The position numbers and the translations under genes were made by a program. Shown here one piece after another: positions 10,369 to 19,637 of a stretch of 64,000 bases of DNA (positions are counted from its first letter, which is position 1; the number at the start of each line of letters is the position of its first letter). The notes beneath the pieces were generated by a model. That model was given only the letters and a program-made list of their open reading frames with translations. It had not been told where the DNA came from and ran no database searches. This DNA comes from Thermoanaerobaculia bacterium (lineage in GTDB: Bacteria > Acidobacteriota > Thermoanaerobaculia > Multivoradales > Multivoraceae): positions 4,832,001-4,896,000 of the forward strand of contig OY761158.1 in the NCBI GenBank assembly GCA_963664405.1, given 5' to 3'.

Positions 10369-10893
10369 GTGGCGAAGTCCAGGCCGAAGGAGGCCTGGGC
10401 CGTGCGCCGCCGTCCCGATTGTCGCCGTTTCGTTTGCGATCGTTGCCGGCAAGCTGTCTACATTTGCTCTTGGTGCGATCGCGGCCATCGTTATTGCACG
10501 CCGGAGTGCCGGGATGAGGCTCGGCGCCACAGCCTTCGCGGGGCCGGGCGTCGCTATCAGCAGACGCCGCGAGGGCGCCGCTTGCATGCTCGTCGTCAGC
10601 AGGCCTATCGAGATCGCAAGCAGCAAGGCTCAAAGAAAGTGACGCATCACAGTTGCCGCACCGGGGGCTGCCCTGCGACGGTGGCGTCATGGCCCACCGC
10701 GCCGCTTCCGTTGTTTTTGCAAGGCTTGTCCGTTGGAGGTCGGAACGAGGAGCTTCTCTGCAGGCTGTGCCGCCATCCTTGCGAGCCGATTGTCCGCCAC
10801 GACTTCTTGCGATCGCGCCGAGTACGCCCGGTGCGCAGGCGGGCGCGGGATGATCTCTCCCGAGCTCGCCGCCGAGATCCGCCGTCTCTATGA
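10369..10893 (+). CDS. Cys-rich basic (putative zinc-binding) accessory protein of IS21
   Basis: FVCDRC.QAVYICSWCDRGHRYC...C and CRLC..C; lies inside the IS and overlaps the istA start. Confidence 0.65.
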   Translation: MAKSRPKEAWAVRRRPDCRRFVCDRCRQAVYICSWCDRGHRYCTPECRDEARRHSLRGAGRRYQQTPRGRRLHARRQQAYRDRKQQGSKKVTHHSCRTGGCPATVASWPTAPLPLFLQGLSVGGRNEELLCRLCRHPCEPIVRHDFLRSRRVRPVRRRARDDLSRARRRDPPSL

Positions 10894-12349
10894 GTCGGAG
10901 GGCTGGCGGCGCAACACGATCGCCCGCCATCTGGGAATCCATCACTCGACGGTCACTCGAGTCCTTCGACGCGAAGGGCTGAGCCGGCCTCGATCGCCGC
11001 GACGAGCGTCCATGGTCGATCGCTTCGTCCCCTTCATCCAGGAAGTCTTTGAGCGCTACCCGGAGCTGCCGGCGAGCGTGCTCTACGAGATGGTCAAGAA
11101 GCGTGACTATCCCGGTGGGGAGGATCACTTCCGCCACTGCATTGCCGAGCTCGGCCTGCGCCCCCGCAAGGCGCCTGAGGCTTTCTTTGTGCTCCGTACG
11201 CTTGCCGGCGAACAGGCCCAGGTGGACTGGGCTCACTTCGGCACCCGAAAGGTCGATGGCGGAGAGCGCCGTCTCTACGCCTTCGTCATGGTGCTGAGCT
11301 ACTCGCGAGCTCTCTTTCTGCACTTCTTCTACGACGCTCGTCTGCCGAGCTTCCTGACCGGGCATGTCCTCGCCTTCTCCTTCTTTGAGGGTCTGGCCAA
11401 GATCCACCTCTACGACAATCTGCGCAGCGCTGTGCTCGAGCGGCGCCGCAGCGCCATTCGCTTTCATCCACGGCTTCTCGAGCTCGCCGACTTCTACGGC
11501 TTTGATCCAAGGCCCGTTGCTCCCAGACGAGGAAATGAAAAAGGTCGCGTCGAACGAGCCATTCGTTTTGTCAGAACTTCCTTCTTTCCGCTGCGTCGCA
11601 CCTGGGACAGAGAAGCGCTGAACCGGGACGCTCTGGAGTGGTGTCGCGACCGAGCGATGAAGCGCCCGTGGCCCCAGGACCGGCGTCGCACCGTCGAGCA
11701 GGCCTATCTCGAGGAGCGCTCTCATCTCGTGAGCCTTCCGGCGCAGCCTTTCCCCTGCCACGAATGGGTCGAGCGGATCACGCGGCGCACTCCTTACCTG
11801 AGCTTCGATGCGAATCGCTACTCGATCCCGCATGATCGCATCGCCCGCTCGCTACAGATCGCCGCAGACCCGGAGCGTGTGCGCATCTTCGATCGCGAGC
11901 AGCTCATCGCCGAGCACACAAGGTCCTGGGACAAGGGCCAGATCATCGAAGACCCCCGTCACCTAGAAGAGCTGGAACGACAGAAACGCGAGGCACGTAC
12001 ACAGCGCGGCCAGGACTACCTGCTGCGTACGGTGCCCCAGGCCGAAGAGCTCCTGCGGGAGCTGGCCCGACGGCAGAGACGACTCTCGAGTGCCGTCGCC
12101 AGACTCCTCGAGCTCCTTGCCGAGAGTGGACCCAGGGAGCTTGCAGTGGCGATCGACGAGGCCCTCGAAAAAGGATCCCCGCATCCCGAAGCGGTGCGAC
12201 TCATCCTCGATCGTCGGCGCCACGAGCGGGGACTCCTACCCGCGCTGCCTGTCCAGCTCCCCGACGATCCCAGGATCCGGGAGCTCACGGTCACTCCCCA
12301 TGCACTGGCCGACTACGACAACCCCAACGACGAGGAGGACGACGAATGA
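10850..12349 (+). CDS. istA: IS21 transposase IstA
   Basis: HTH, GEQAQVDWAHFG, LSYSR, YDNLRSAV, KGRVERAIRFVR DDE motifs. Confidence 0.95.
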   Translation: MISPELAAEIRRLYESEGWRRNTIARHLGIHHSTVTRVLRREGLSRPRSPRRASMVDRFVPFIQEVFERYPELPASVLYEMVKKRDYPGGEDHFRHCIAELGLRPRKAPEAFFVLRTLAGEQAQVDWAHFGTRKVDGGERRLYAFVMVLSYSRALFLHFFYDARLPSFLTGHVLAFSFFEGLAKIHLYDNLRSAVLERRRSAIRFHPRLLELADFYGFDPRPVAPRRGNEKGRVERAIRFVRTSFFPLRRTWDREALNRDALEWCRDRAMKRPWPQDRRRTVEQAYLEERSHLVSLPAQPFPCHEWVERITRRTPYLSFDANRYSIPHDRIARSLQIAADPERVRIFDREQLIAEHTRSWDKGQIIEDPRHLEELERQKREARTQRGQDYLLRTVPQAEELLRELARRQRRLSSAVARLLELLAESGPRELAVAIDEALEKGSPHPEAVRLILDRRRHERGLLPALPVQLPDDPRIRELTVTPHALADYDNPNDEEDDE

Positions 12350-13119
12350 ACAACACCGACCAAGAGCGTGCCACAGCCCTGAAACTCCATGGCCTCCTAG
12401 CCCACTGGGATGAGGTCGCCAACCAACCCTGGCTCCCCGACCTGCTCGACTGGGAAGAGCAGGAGCGAGCCCGTCGCGGACTGGAGCGACGCCTGGGTCG
12501 GGCCCGGCTCGGCACCTTCAAGCCGCTGGCCGACTTCGACTGGAATTGGCCCAAGAAGATCGACCGCGAGCAGATCGAAGATCTCTTTCGGCTCGAGTGG
12601 CTCGCCCGAGGGCACAACGCTGTCTTGATAGGGCCAAACGGCATCGGCAAGACGCTCATTGCCAAGAATCTCGCCCATCAAGCCGTACTACGTGGAGCCA
12701 CCGCCCGATTCCTCACCGCCTCGGAGCTGCTCAACACCCTCGCCGAACAAGACTCCTCGACCAGCCTTCAGCGCAAGCTCGCGCTCTTTGCGCGCCCATC
12801 CCTGCTCTGCATTGACGAGCTCGGATATCTGTCCTACGACACGCGCCACGCCGATCTACTTTTCGAGGTCGTTTCCCGCAGGTACGAAAATAAGTCCCTT
12901 CTCATCACCACAAACAAGTCCTTTGGAGAATGGGGAGAGGTCTTCCCCAACGCTACTACCGTCGTCACCATCGTCGATCGCCTCGTCCATCGCTGCGAGC
13001 TCGTCAACATCGAGGGCGATTCCTATCGGCTCAAGGAGTCCAAGGAGCACGCCAAGAAGCGCGCTTCGGCCCGCCGAAGCGGCACTCGCCCTCGACGGCG
13101 CAGTGCGAAGACCTCGTGA
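12346..13119 (+). CDS. istB: IS21 helper ATPase IstB
   Basis: GPNGIGKT, LLCIDELGY, ITTNKSFGEW, DRLVH, GDSYR. Confidence 0.95.
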   Translation: MNNTDQERATALKLHGLLAHWDEVANQPWLPDLLDWEEQERARRGLERRLGRARLGTFKPLADFDWNWPKKIDREQIEDLFRLEWLARGHNAVLIGPNGIGKTLIAKNLAHQAVLRGATARFLTASELLNTLAEQDSSTSLQRKLALFARPSLLCIDELGYLSYDTRHADLLFEVVSRRYENKSLLITTNKSFGEWGEVFPNATTVVTIVDRLVHRCELVNIEGDSYRLKESKEHAKKRASARRSGTRPRRRSAKTS

Positions 13120-13469
13120 TCCGACAGGAGTATCGCGCCGAGCTCATCCGCCTCTACCTCGACGCTCCTAAAACCCCGCCTAGACCTCGGCGCCGAGACT
13201 GGGCCATCGCCGACAAGCTCTATCAAGCCAACGTCCCCCTCGAAGAGCTTGCCCATGCCATTCGACTCGCCACCTTGCGACGGCGCCTCAGCACCGATCC
13301 GCTGCCGCAGATTCACTCACTTGCCTACTACCGCTCCGTACATCGAGCCCTGACCAACGACGAGCTCGACCCTCAATACGTCCGCTACATCCTCCTTCGG
13401 CACCGGTCCCTTCTCGAGGAGGATGAAACCAAAAGCGCCACTACACAGCCGGAATCCCGCACTTTATGA
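13116..13469 (+). CDS. Hypothetical accessory protein of IS21 (4th ORF)
   Basis: GTGA-coupled to istB; YLDAPKTPPRPRRRD..A..L...V...IHSLAYY; stop lies within the right IR. Confidence 0.6.
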   Translation: MIRQEYRAELIRLYLDAPKTPPRPRRRDWAIADKLYQANVPLEELAHAIRLATLRRRLSTDPLPQIHSLAYYRSVHRALTNDELDPQYVRYILLRHRSLLEEDETKSATTQPESRTL

Positions 13470-13481
13470 CCGCCGATAACA

Positions 13482-13702
13482 ACCTTGGATGCCCGCGCGA
13501 CGTCGACCTGATGACTCCAGTCCACGCGCTTGCCCGTCGGGGAGATGTAGCTCCCTCGGGAGACCGCCTCGACGGCGGATCTGCCGAGGGCGGCGGCCGT
13601 GTCGCGGGGGATGTCCAGTTCCCGCCGGCAAGCGTCGGCCATCGTGTCCGAGTCGGAACAGGGGAGTATCTTCAGCAACGGCAGTTCCCTCTCATCTGCC
13701 AA
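13482..13702 (-). pseudogene. TIGR02452 family protein, 5' part
   Basis: ...ARASKV| joins |SIPPDAPL across the IS21 TSD. Confidence 0.8.
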
Positions 13703-14117
13703 GCCAACTCTCCAAAGCCGCGAGCTGACCTGGTAGCGGAGCGATCCGTGCTCCCAAGGAGCGCAGCTTCGCCACCGCATCCTGCGCCGCGAGCCCCTCG
13801 CGGCGCGCCAGGTACGCAGCTAGCACCACCCCCGTTCGCTCTCGGCCCGCCCGACAGTGGACGTACATCCCGTCGATCCGATCGTGGTGTCTCGACAGCA
13901 CCTGCCAAGACCGATCGAGAGTCTCCGGGCTTGGTGCATTCATATCCACGATCGGTAGGCTGACGCGCTCGATGCCGCACCACCGAGTCGCCGCGACCGC
14001 CTCACGTCCGTAGCGTCCGGTGCTATTCCGAACAACGTACGGCTTGTAGAGGTGCGACCCACTTCGAAGCGCTGGATCTCGTTTGCCCAAGTATCTGCGA
14101 AGTGCCTGTTGCGTCAA
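13692..14117 (-). CDS. Dual-specificity/tyrosine protein phosphatase family
   Basis: VHCRAGRERTG = HCxxGxxR P-loop; IVDMNAP acid loop. Confidence 0.85.
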   Translation of the reverse strand: MTQQALRRYLGKRDPALRSGSHLYKPYVVRNSTGRYGREAVAATRWCGIERVSLPIVDMNAPSPETLDRSWQVLSRHHDRIDGMYVHCRAGRERTGVVLAAYLARREGLAAQDAVAKLRSLGARIAPLPGQLAALESWLGR

Positions 14118-14914
14118 TCAAGTGGCAGCGAAGTCTGTTGCTGCCTCGGCGGCCAAAACGTGCCGAGCACGAGCCATGTGTTGTGCGGGAAGTAGGTGCC
14201 GACGAAGAACCTGGTGTCTCTGCCTGGGGCGCATATCTCGTCCAAGAACTTCTTCTTCACTGATTCAGCAGCCGCCTCGTCGTTTCCAAGTCGCTCCCTC
14301 TCCTTGAGGAACAGAACCCCCAGTTCCCAATCCTCGTTGAGCATCTCGTGAGGCTTTGGACTGTCTTCGCACTCGAACACGTATTTGAACTTGAATGGAA
14401 TCTTCGCGAGAGGCTTGGGTGGCGGTCCGAAGAGACGGGTCTGGGAGTAGATCTTCTGCCACTCGGGCTTCCACTCCGGATCAGCAGGCTCCACTTTCAG
14501 GTCGACTACGCGCGAGGGACGCACCACTCCAAGTGACGTTTGATCTTGCTCGTAGAGGGCTCGCAGTTCGAGTATCGTTCGGTGCGGCAGTGCGTCGATG
14601 ATGGCCCGTCGGCTTGCCCAAGCGTTTTCGGTGCCTAGCGGCGGTGCGACGACTTCGATCGAATCAAGCAGAGGTCGACGACTCTCTCGACGATGGTCGT
14701 TGCCGGCTCCGCTGAGCTCGAGGTCGACATCGATCCACTGGTACTTCCGAAACCGCTGATCCGGTGGTCGGTATCGGTAGTCAATCGGATAAAGCCTTAC
14801 CCAGTCGAGGGCCTCGGTCACGCCTGCCGTACAGACGACCTCATCGTATCTGGCTGAAGGGTGCGGGTAGGTCATGACCGTGATCAGTACGCGGAGTCGT
14901 TCGATGTCACCCAT
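14114..14914 (-). CDS. Conserved hypothetical protein (TYP..S..Y.E.VCTAG family, commonly next to DUF488)
   Basis: LITVMTYPHPSARYDEVVCTAGV..WVRLYP; coupled in the operon. Confidence 0.7.
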   Translation of the reverse strand: MGDIERLRVLITVMTYPHPSARYDEVVCTAGVTEALDWVRLYPIDYRYRPPDQRFRKYQWIDVDLELSGAGNDHRRESRRPLLDSIEVVAPPLGTENAWASRRAIIDALPHRTILELRALYEQDQTSLGVVRPSRVVDLKVEPADPEWKPEWQKIYSQTRLFGPPPKPLAKIPFKFKYVFECEDSPKPHEMLNEDWELGVLFLKERERLGNDEAAAESVKKKFLDEICAPGRDTRFFVGTYFPHNTWLVLGTFWPPRQQQTSLPLD

Positions 14915-15794
14915 CGATTGTCAACTCAGGCTGGCCTTGGAGCCGCAGGTCGAGCATGGGCATCTGCAGCCGGCTGGCCATCTTCGCCGCAAGTCGATGC
15001 CGATGGCAGTGTGCAGGTAGCCTCTCTGAGCAGAGGAGAACAGAGGCACTGCTGGTCATCAGCTCCTCGAGAGAGCTTAGTTGCCTGGAGGCCTTGGCTA
15101 GGACGTCGGTCTCATACCGCTCGAAGAGGCGAGGCAGATCCTCAATTCGGAGATCTCTTCGCCATTCTCCGGGGATGCCAAGCGTAGGAAAGTGCTCATA
15201 CCGTAGGCCCAGGTTCTCGCAGAGGCGGCTGAGCGTGCTGCGATGAAAACCGTAGCGTCTAGAGATCGGATTGTGTCGCGTGTCGATGAGAGTCTGGATG
15301 CCGTTTCGAAGGAGCAGATTCAGCAGGCCGTCGACAGGGAGACCTTCATAGCCAACGGTATAGATCGCAGGCGCGGCCGTAGGCCGAAGCATCCGTCGGC
15401 GCCTTCGGTCTCGAGCATTCACCGTGTACCACGGATAACGCTTGTAGATACTGGCGATCAGTTCGTCCGTAGAACGGTTCCCAAGCTCCTCCACGAAGGC
15501 CCGGATCGCCTTAGCATGACCGGGCGTTGGGCGAGGTCGAGCTCGTTGGCCGTAAGGAGTCAGCCGCAGTCGATCGCTTTGGGTCTTGACGATACCTTTC
15601 GATTCGAGCTTGCTGAGCTCGTGGTAGAGAACGAAAGAGAAGGGCCCGAATCTGTAAGGTACGAAGTCGTAGAAGCGATCCTCGAATCCCAGATCATGTC
15701 TCAAGAGGAACACAGACTTCACAAGTCGAAGAAGGTCTACTGGACCGCCGGAAGCGGCAAGTAGTTCGAGTATAAGCCTTTGTCGATTAAGCAC
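14907..15794 (-). CDS. DUF488 family protein with N-terminal wHTH/SocA-like domain
   Basis: YDFVPYRFGPFS N-term; IYTVGYEG, IDTR..P.SRRYGF, LLCSE....CHR. Confidence 0.85.
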   Translation of the reverse strand: MLNRQRLILELLAASGGPVDLLRLVKSVFLLRHDLGFEDRFYDFVPYRFGPFSFVLYHELSKLESKGIVKTQSDRLRLTPYGQRARPRPTPGHAKAIRAFVEELGNRSTDELIASIYKRYPWYTVNARDRRRRRMLRPTAAPAIYTVGYEGLPVDGLLNLLLRNGIQTLIDTRHNPISRRYGFHRSTLSRLCENLGLRYEHFPTLGIPGEWRRDLRIEDLPRLFERYETDVLAKASRQLSSLEELMTSSASVLLCSERLPAHCHRHRLAAKMASRLQMPMLDLRLQGQPELTIDG

Positions 15795-15872
15795 TTAGGA
15801 CTTCCATCCAGCTTCTCTATCTAGGAGCCTAACGTTGGAGATTGTCTCATGAGCAAGGCTTCGAGAGGTAGG

Positions 15873-16016
15873 CTGAGTCCTCGCATTTCTGAGCAGTTCC
15901 TCCTCTGATGAAGACGCAATCGAGGCTGAGAACCTTGCTGGGGCCTTGGGTCGCGTCAGACCGCGGGTCTCGGATCGCTGCTCCGATGAAGAGGGTGGCA
16001 CCTCCTATGGGGTAAC
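15873..16016 (-). repeat. GGTGCCACCC repeat, subfamily B (most complete copy) upstream of the DUF488 operon
   Basis: Minus strand ggtgccaccctcttc...tcagcctcgattgcgtcttcatcagaggaggaactgctcag, matching blocks at 38226-38303, 27321-27343 and 9263-9345. Confidence 0.75.
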
Positions 16017-16025
16017 GCGCTGGAC

Positions 16026-16856
16026 TCAATCTTCGAGCATCCGCTCATGCCCGGAAGGACACTGTCCCCGAATGCAGTCGTGAAAGCCATCTTCGAACAC
16101 ATCCCAGCTGATCCAGTGGTCGCCACAGTAGCTTGCCTTACATTTCGGGCAGTAGAAGGATGCCCATTCGAGATTGAGCTCGTAGATGGATTGGGCGTCC
16201 TTTCGGAGGAGCGCGTCGCGCAGTCTCTCGAACTGGTCCGACTTGATTCGGCCTCCTAGGTGGCTGGTAAAACTCACGCGCTTGATCTCTGGGCTTGCAG
16301 ATGTGCCCATCAACTGAATCGTGCCGGCGGACTTGTTGCAGATCGCGCAGTTGAACTCGGCTTCGGCGATCGGCGCTGCGTCGGCTTCGTCAGCCTGCGC
16401 TGCGGGACGCCTAATCTCCTCTACATACGCGTCGACGATGTCCACGAACTTCGAATGACCAATCAGTAGCTCTGCCCCGCAACTTCGGAGAAGGACCAGC
16501 GGGAGGCCAACATCACCTGCCTTGCTGGCCATTGCCTCGACGAGATCGTTGTACTCCTCGAGCCAGGGGAGGAACGATTCACCCATGTGGGCCAGTCGGT
16601 CAGCCAGGTAGCTGGTCTTCGTCTCCTCCGTCTCCGACAGACGGGCCGCGACAAAGACCTCCAATTCGTTTCGACAGAAACGCTCGAAAGTTGAATCGAA
16701 GGAGTCCAGCAGGCCCTGAATGTTTGAAGTGTCGTGACCCGATGCCAATAGGTGGGCCAGCTCGGCCTTGATGAAGCCGACGTTGACACGGATCCAGACA
16801 ACGTGTCGCTGCCAGCTTGCAGCGAGAGCGGAGGTGCGATTGACGGCTTCGCCCAT
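16026..16856 (-). CDS. Hypothetical protein with C-terminal Cys-rich zinc-binding domain
   Basis: CAIC, FYCPKCKASYCGDHW, CPSGHER. Confidence 0.65.
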   Translation of the reverse strand: MGEAVNRTSALAASWQRHVVWIRVNVGFIKAELAHLLASGHDTSNIQGLLDSFDSTFERFCRNELEVFVAARLSETEETKTSYLADRLAHMGESFLPWLEEYNDLVEAMASKAGDVGLPLVLLRSCGAELLIGHSKFVDIVDAYVEEIRRPAAQADEADAAPIAEAEFNCAICNKSAGTIQLMGTSASPEIKRVSFTSHLGGRIKSDQFERLRDALLRKDAQSIYELNLEWASFYCPKCKASYCGDHWISWDVFEDGFHDCIRGQCPSGHERMLED

Positions 16857-16880
16857 GATCGTGCTCCGGCTGGCGAGCCC

Positions 16881-17468
16881 TCACGCCAGTGGTGCACCTC
16901 GAAGCTCTTCCAGCGACCGCCTCAGCTCCGCCACGAGCGATGGATGGCTCTTTCCCATTCGATCTCGATAGACCTCGTAGAGCGACTCGTAGTACCAGAG
17001 GGTCATCTTCTTCGGCTTCCCGAAGCGGCGCCAGATCTTGCCGGCGATCTGATCGTGATCGCGCCGGATGGCGCCGAGGTTGTGGACTTTGTCGGCAAGT
17101 GAGACCAGGAGGAAGTCTTTCGACCTGGCTGTTCTCAAATGTTCGATGTAGCTCGTCTTCCGCTGCTTCCACGCCGGTTTGGGGTCCTCGAAGGTGTCGG
17201 TGCAGGCCTCCACCATCCTGGCCACGCGTTTGCCGAATAGGTGCTCGATCTCTTTGAGAGTAGCTTCGCCGCCCTGGTCTTCGGGTGCGTCGTGTAGCAG
17301 GGCGGCGATCGCCTGGTCTTCGTCGCCGCCGTGCTCGAGAACGATGGCGGTGACAGCCAGAAGATGCGCGAAGTAGGGGATCTCTGTGCCCTTCCTCTTC
17401 TGGCCATGGTGCAGCCCCCTCGCGTAGGCGAGAGCCTCCGTGAATCGGGGTCCTGGATCTTTCGTCAT
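16881..17468 (-). CDS. HD-domain hydrolase, Mesh1/small alarmone hydrolase-like
   Basis: HHGQKRKG..PYFAHL, AALLHDAPED, LADKVHN; start MTKDPGP (or 17477). Confidence 0.88.
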   Translation of the reverse strand: MTKDPGPRFTEALAYARGLHHGQKRKGTEIPYFAHLLAVTAIVLEHGGDEDQAIAALLHDAPEDQGGEATLKEIEHLFGKRVARMVEACTDTFEDPKPAWKQRKTSYIEHLRTARSKDFLLVSLADKVHNLGAIRRDHDQIAGKIWRRFGKPKKMTLWYYESLYEVYRDRMGKSHPSLVAELRRSLEELRGAPLA

Positions 17469-17518
17469 TGCTTCCATTATAGGGAGCGGCCGCGGGGACG
17501 GGCTCGTAGCCAGCTGGG

Positions 17519-17753
17519 CTGAAGTTTCTCGACTTTTTCTCCCAGAACACTTGACAAGGTTTTTCGGGCCTTTCGGTCCCCACCGTGATGTCGCTTCTAG
17601 AACCGGTCGCAGGGCCACCAGCTTCTCCTGTGCGGGGCGTCCGAAGACGGGCAGAAGATTTGCCCTTTGTCGGCCCGCGTTCGGCCTCGCATGGGAGCTT
17701 CAAGTCCCTCGAAAAACAGGGGTTATGATGGTTCGATCGACCTGGAGAGAACG
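17519..17753 (+). promoter_or_regulatory. Leader of DUF222-HNH element with TTGACA box (17551-17556)
   Basis: Perfect -35 hexamer; the first ~55 bp recur at 32107-32160 in the deleted copy. Confidence 0.5.
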
Positions 17754-19061
17754 ATGAGACAAGAACCCACCGCCCTATCGCCCAGCCCCGTTCCGCCGCT
17801 CCCCGAGTGCCCTGTCGAAGACCTCGGCGAACAGATCGCCGAGCTGTCAGCCCAGATTCAGGCGGCAAACTACTGCCTTCTGGTACTGATCCGTCAATTC
17901 GACGACCGAGGCGGTTGGAACGTGGGCTTCGCCTCCTGCGCCCACTGGCTCAACTGGCGCACAGGCCTGGCCCTCGGGGCGTCGCGCGAGAAGGTTCGCG
18001 TGGCCCATGCGCTGGGCGAGCTGCCGCTTCTGAGCGAGTCGATGAGCCGAGGCGAGCTGTCGTACTCGAAGATTCGTGCACTGACCCGGGTCGCAACGCC
18101 GGAGAACGAAGAGGAGCTCCTCACCTTTGCGCGCTGCGGGAGTGCAGCCCATGTCGAGAGGCTGGTGCGAGCGTGGCGGCGGGTCGATCGGATCGCGGAC
18201 CAGGAGGAAGAGCAGCGACGACACGCGAGCCGATCGGTCGATGCCTTCTTCGACGACGACGGCATGCTTGTGATCAGAGGCCGTCTCGATGCCGAGGCGG
18301 GCGCGGTGGTGATGCGGGCGTTGGAGGCGGCTTCGGAAGCTCTCTACCAATCGACGGAAGAGAAGGTCGAGATCCCAGTCGGTCAACGCCGGGCTGATGC
18401 CCTTCAACTCCTCGCTGAGAGCGCCCTCGCGCACGAGCTCGATCGCGGCACTTCTGGCGACCGCTATCAGGTGGTGGTGCACGTCGATGCCGAGACTCTG
18501 GCCGACGCCGACAGCTCGGGGATCTCGGTGCTCGAGGATGGGCAGCACGTTCCCGCGGGAACGTCGCAGCGCCTGGCCTGCGACGCCGGCAAGGTGGTGG
18601 TGCGCCACGCCAGAGACGGCACGGTGCTCGACGTGGGGCGCAAGACGCGCACTGTCTCACCCGCCATTCGCCGTGCCTTGAATACCAGAGACCAGATCTG
18701 CCGCTTTCCGGGGTGCCAGTCGAAGTTCTGCGAGGCCCATCACGTCAAACACTGGGCACAGGGGGGGGAAACTCGTCTCGATAACCTGGTTCTGCTGTGT
18801 CGGCGCCACCACCGAGCCGTTCATGAGGAGGGCTTTTCGATGAAGCTCGCGGAGGGCGAGGTCTCCTTCTACTGGCCGAATGGGCGGCCCATGCCACAGG
18901 CGCCGTCGGCTCCAACGTTGGCAGGTGAGCCTTTGGAGCTGCTCCTGCGCCTCCTTGAGCAACAAGGAATCAAGATCGATGCGGAGAGCGGGCTTCCGGA
19001 TTGGGATGGGGAGTCTTTCGACCTCGAGTGGGCGGTCGACGCTCTGCGATTGATCAATTGA
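17754..19061 (+). CDS. DUF222 domain / HNH endonuclease (REP13E12-like)
   Basis: SCAHWLNWRTG, GELSYSK.RA.TR, RLACDA, LDVGRKTR, RD..CRFPGC, HHVKHWAQGGET..DNLVLLCRRHHRAVH. Confidence 0.92.
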   Translation: MRQEPTALSPSPVPPLPECPVEDLGEQIAELSAQIQAANYCLLVLIRQFDDRGGWNVGFASCAHWLNWRTGLALGASREKVRVAHALGELPLLSESMSRGELSYSKIRALTRVATPENEEELLTFARCGSAAHVERLVRAWRRVDRIADQEEEQRRHASRSVDAFFDDDGMLVIRGRLDAEAGAVVMRALEAASEALYQSTEEKVEIPVGQRRADALQLLAESALAHELDRGTSGDRYQVVVHVDAETLADADSSGISVLEDGQHVPAGTSQRLACDAGKVVVRHARDGTVLDVGRKTRTVSPAIRRALNTRDQICRFPGCQSKFCEAHHVKHWAQGGETRLDNLVLLCRRHHRAVHEEGFSMKLAEGEVSFYWPNGRPMPQAPSAPTLAGEPLELLLRLLEQQGIKIDAESGLPDWDGESFDLEWAVDALRLIN

Positions 19062-19145
19062 GGCACGAGCTCTGACCTACCTAGCCGGGCACCTGAGAGG
19101 AGCGCGAGGAGGCCGCGGTATCGTCCTCTCTGATAGGGTTTTGGC

Positions 19146-19346
19146 ATGACTAGGGTAGCCGAGTTGGAGCGGGCCGTTCGTGACCTGTCTCCCGAGGATC
19201 TCCGCCGATTCCGCGAGTGGTTTGTCGAGTTCGATGCCGAGCTCTGGGAACGTCAGCTTGAGCGCGACATCGACGCCGGCCGACTCGATAGTCTTTCCGA
19301 AGAGGCCCGGACCGAGCACCGTGAGGGGCGCACCCGGCCTCTGTGA
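19146..19346 (+). CDS. Small antitoxin-like protein (normally paired with a ParE/RelE-like toxin)
   Basis: WFVEFDAELWERQLERDIDAGRLD; followed by GTGA-coupled toxin start VNHFATE cut after ~8 codons. Confidence 0.75.
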   Translation: MTRVAELERAVRDLSPEDLRRFREWFVEFDAELWERQLERDIDAGRLDSLSEEARTEHREGRTRPL

Positions 19347-19380
19347 ATCATTTCGCAACCGAGCGGCTCATCTCCTAGCC

Positions 19381-19565
19381 TGGCCCGGGCGGCGCATGCC
19401 ACAGGCGCCTTCGACGCCAATGTTGGCGGGTGAGCCCCTGGAGCTGCTGCTGCGCCACCTCGAGCGGCAGGGGATCAAAGTCGACGATTCGAGTGGGCTT
19501 CCTGATTGGGATGGGAGTCTTTCGATCTCGAGTGGGCGGTCGATTCTCTGCGGTTGATCAACTGA
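19381..19565 (+). repeat. DUF222-HNH 3'-end copy 2
   Basis: MPQAPSTPMLAGEPLELLLRHLERQGIKVDDSSGLPDWDG...; ends gcggttgatcaactga. Confidence 0.92.
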
Positions 19566-19637
19566 CACTCGGCGGGCGCTCCGAGCGCATCGCCGCACGC
19601 GAGGGGAGCGCACCCGTAAACCGGTCGGAGGGATGTT

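Larger units (their letters stand above)
10156..13481 (+). mobile_element. IS21-family insertion sequence with two extra ORFs
   Basis: Ends TGTCAACGGCGCTTAAGAAGCGCGCGATCCCGGC / revcomp TGTTATCGGCGGTCATAAAGTGCGGGATTCCGGC; 5-bp TSD ACCTT at 10151-10155 and 13482-13486; istA and istB inside. Confidence 0.95.

Noticed and set aside
9467-11833. 788-aa minus-strand ORF
   Set aside because: Antisense shadow of istA crossing the IS boundary, with no motifs.
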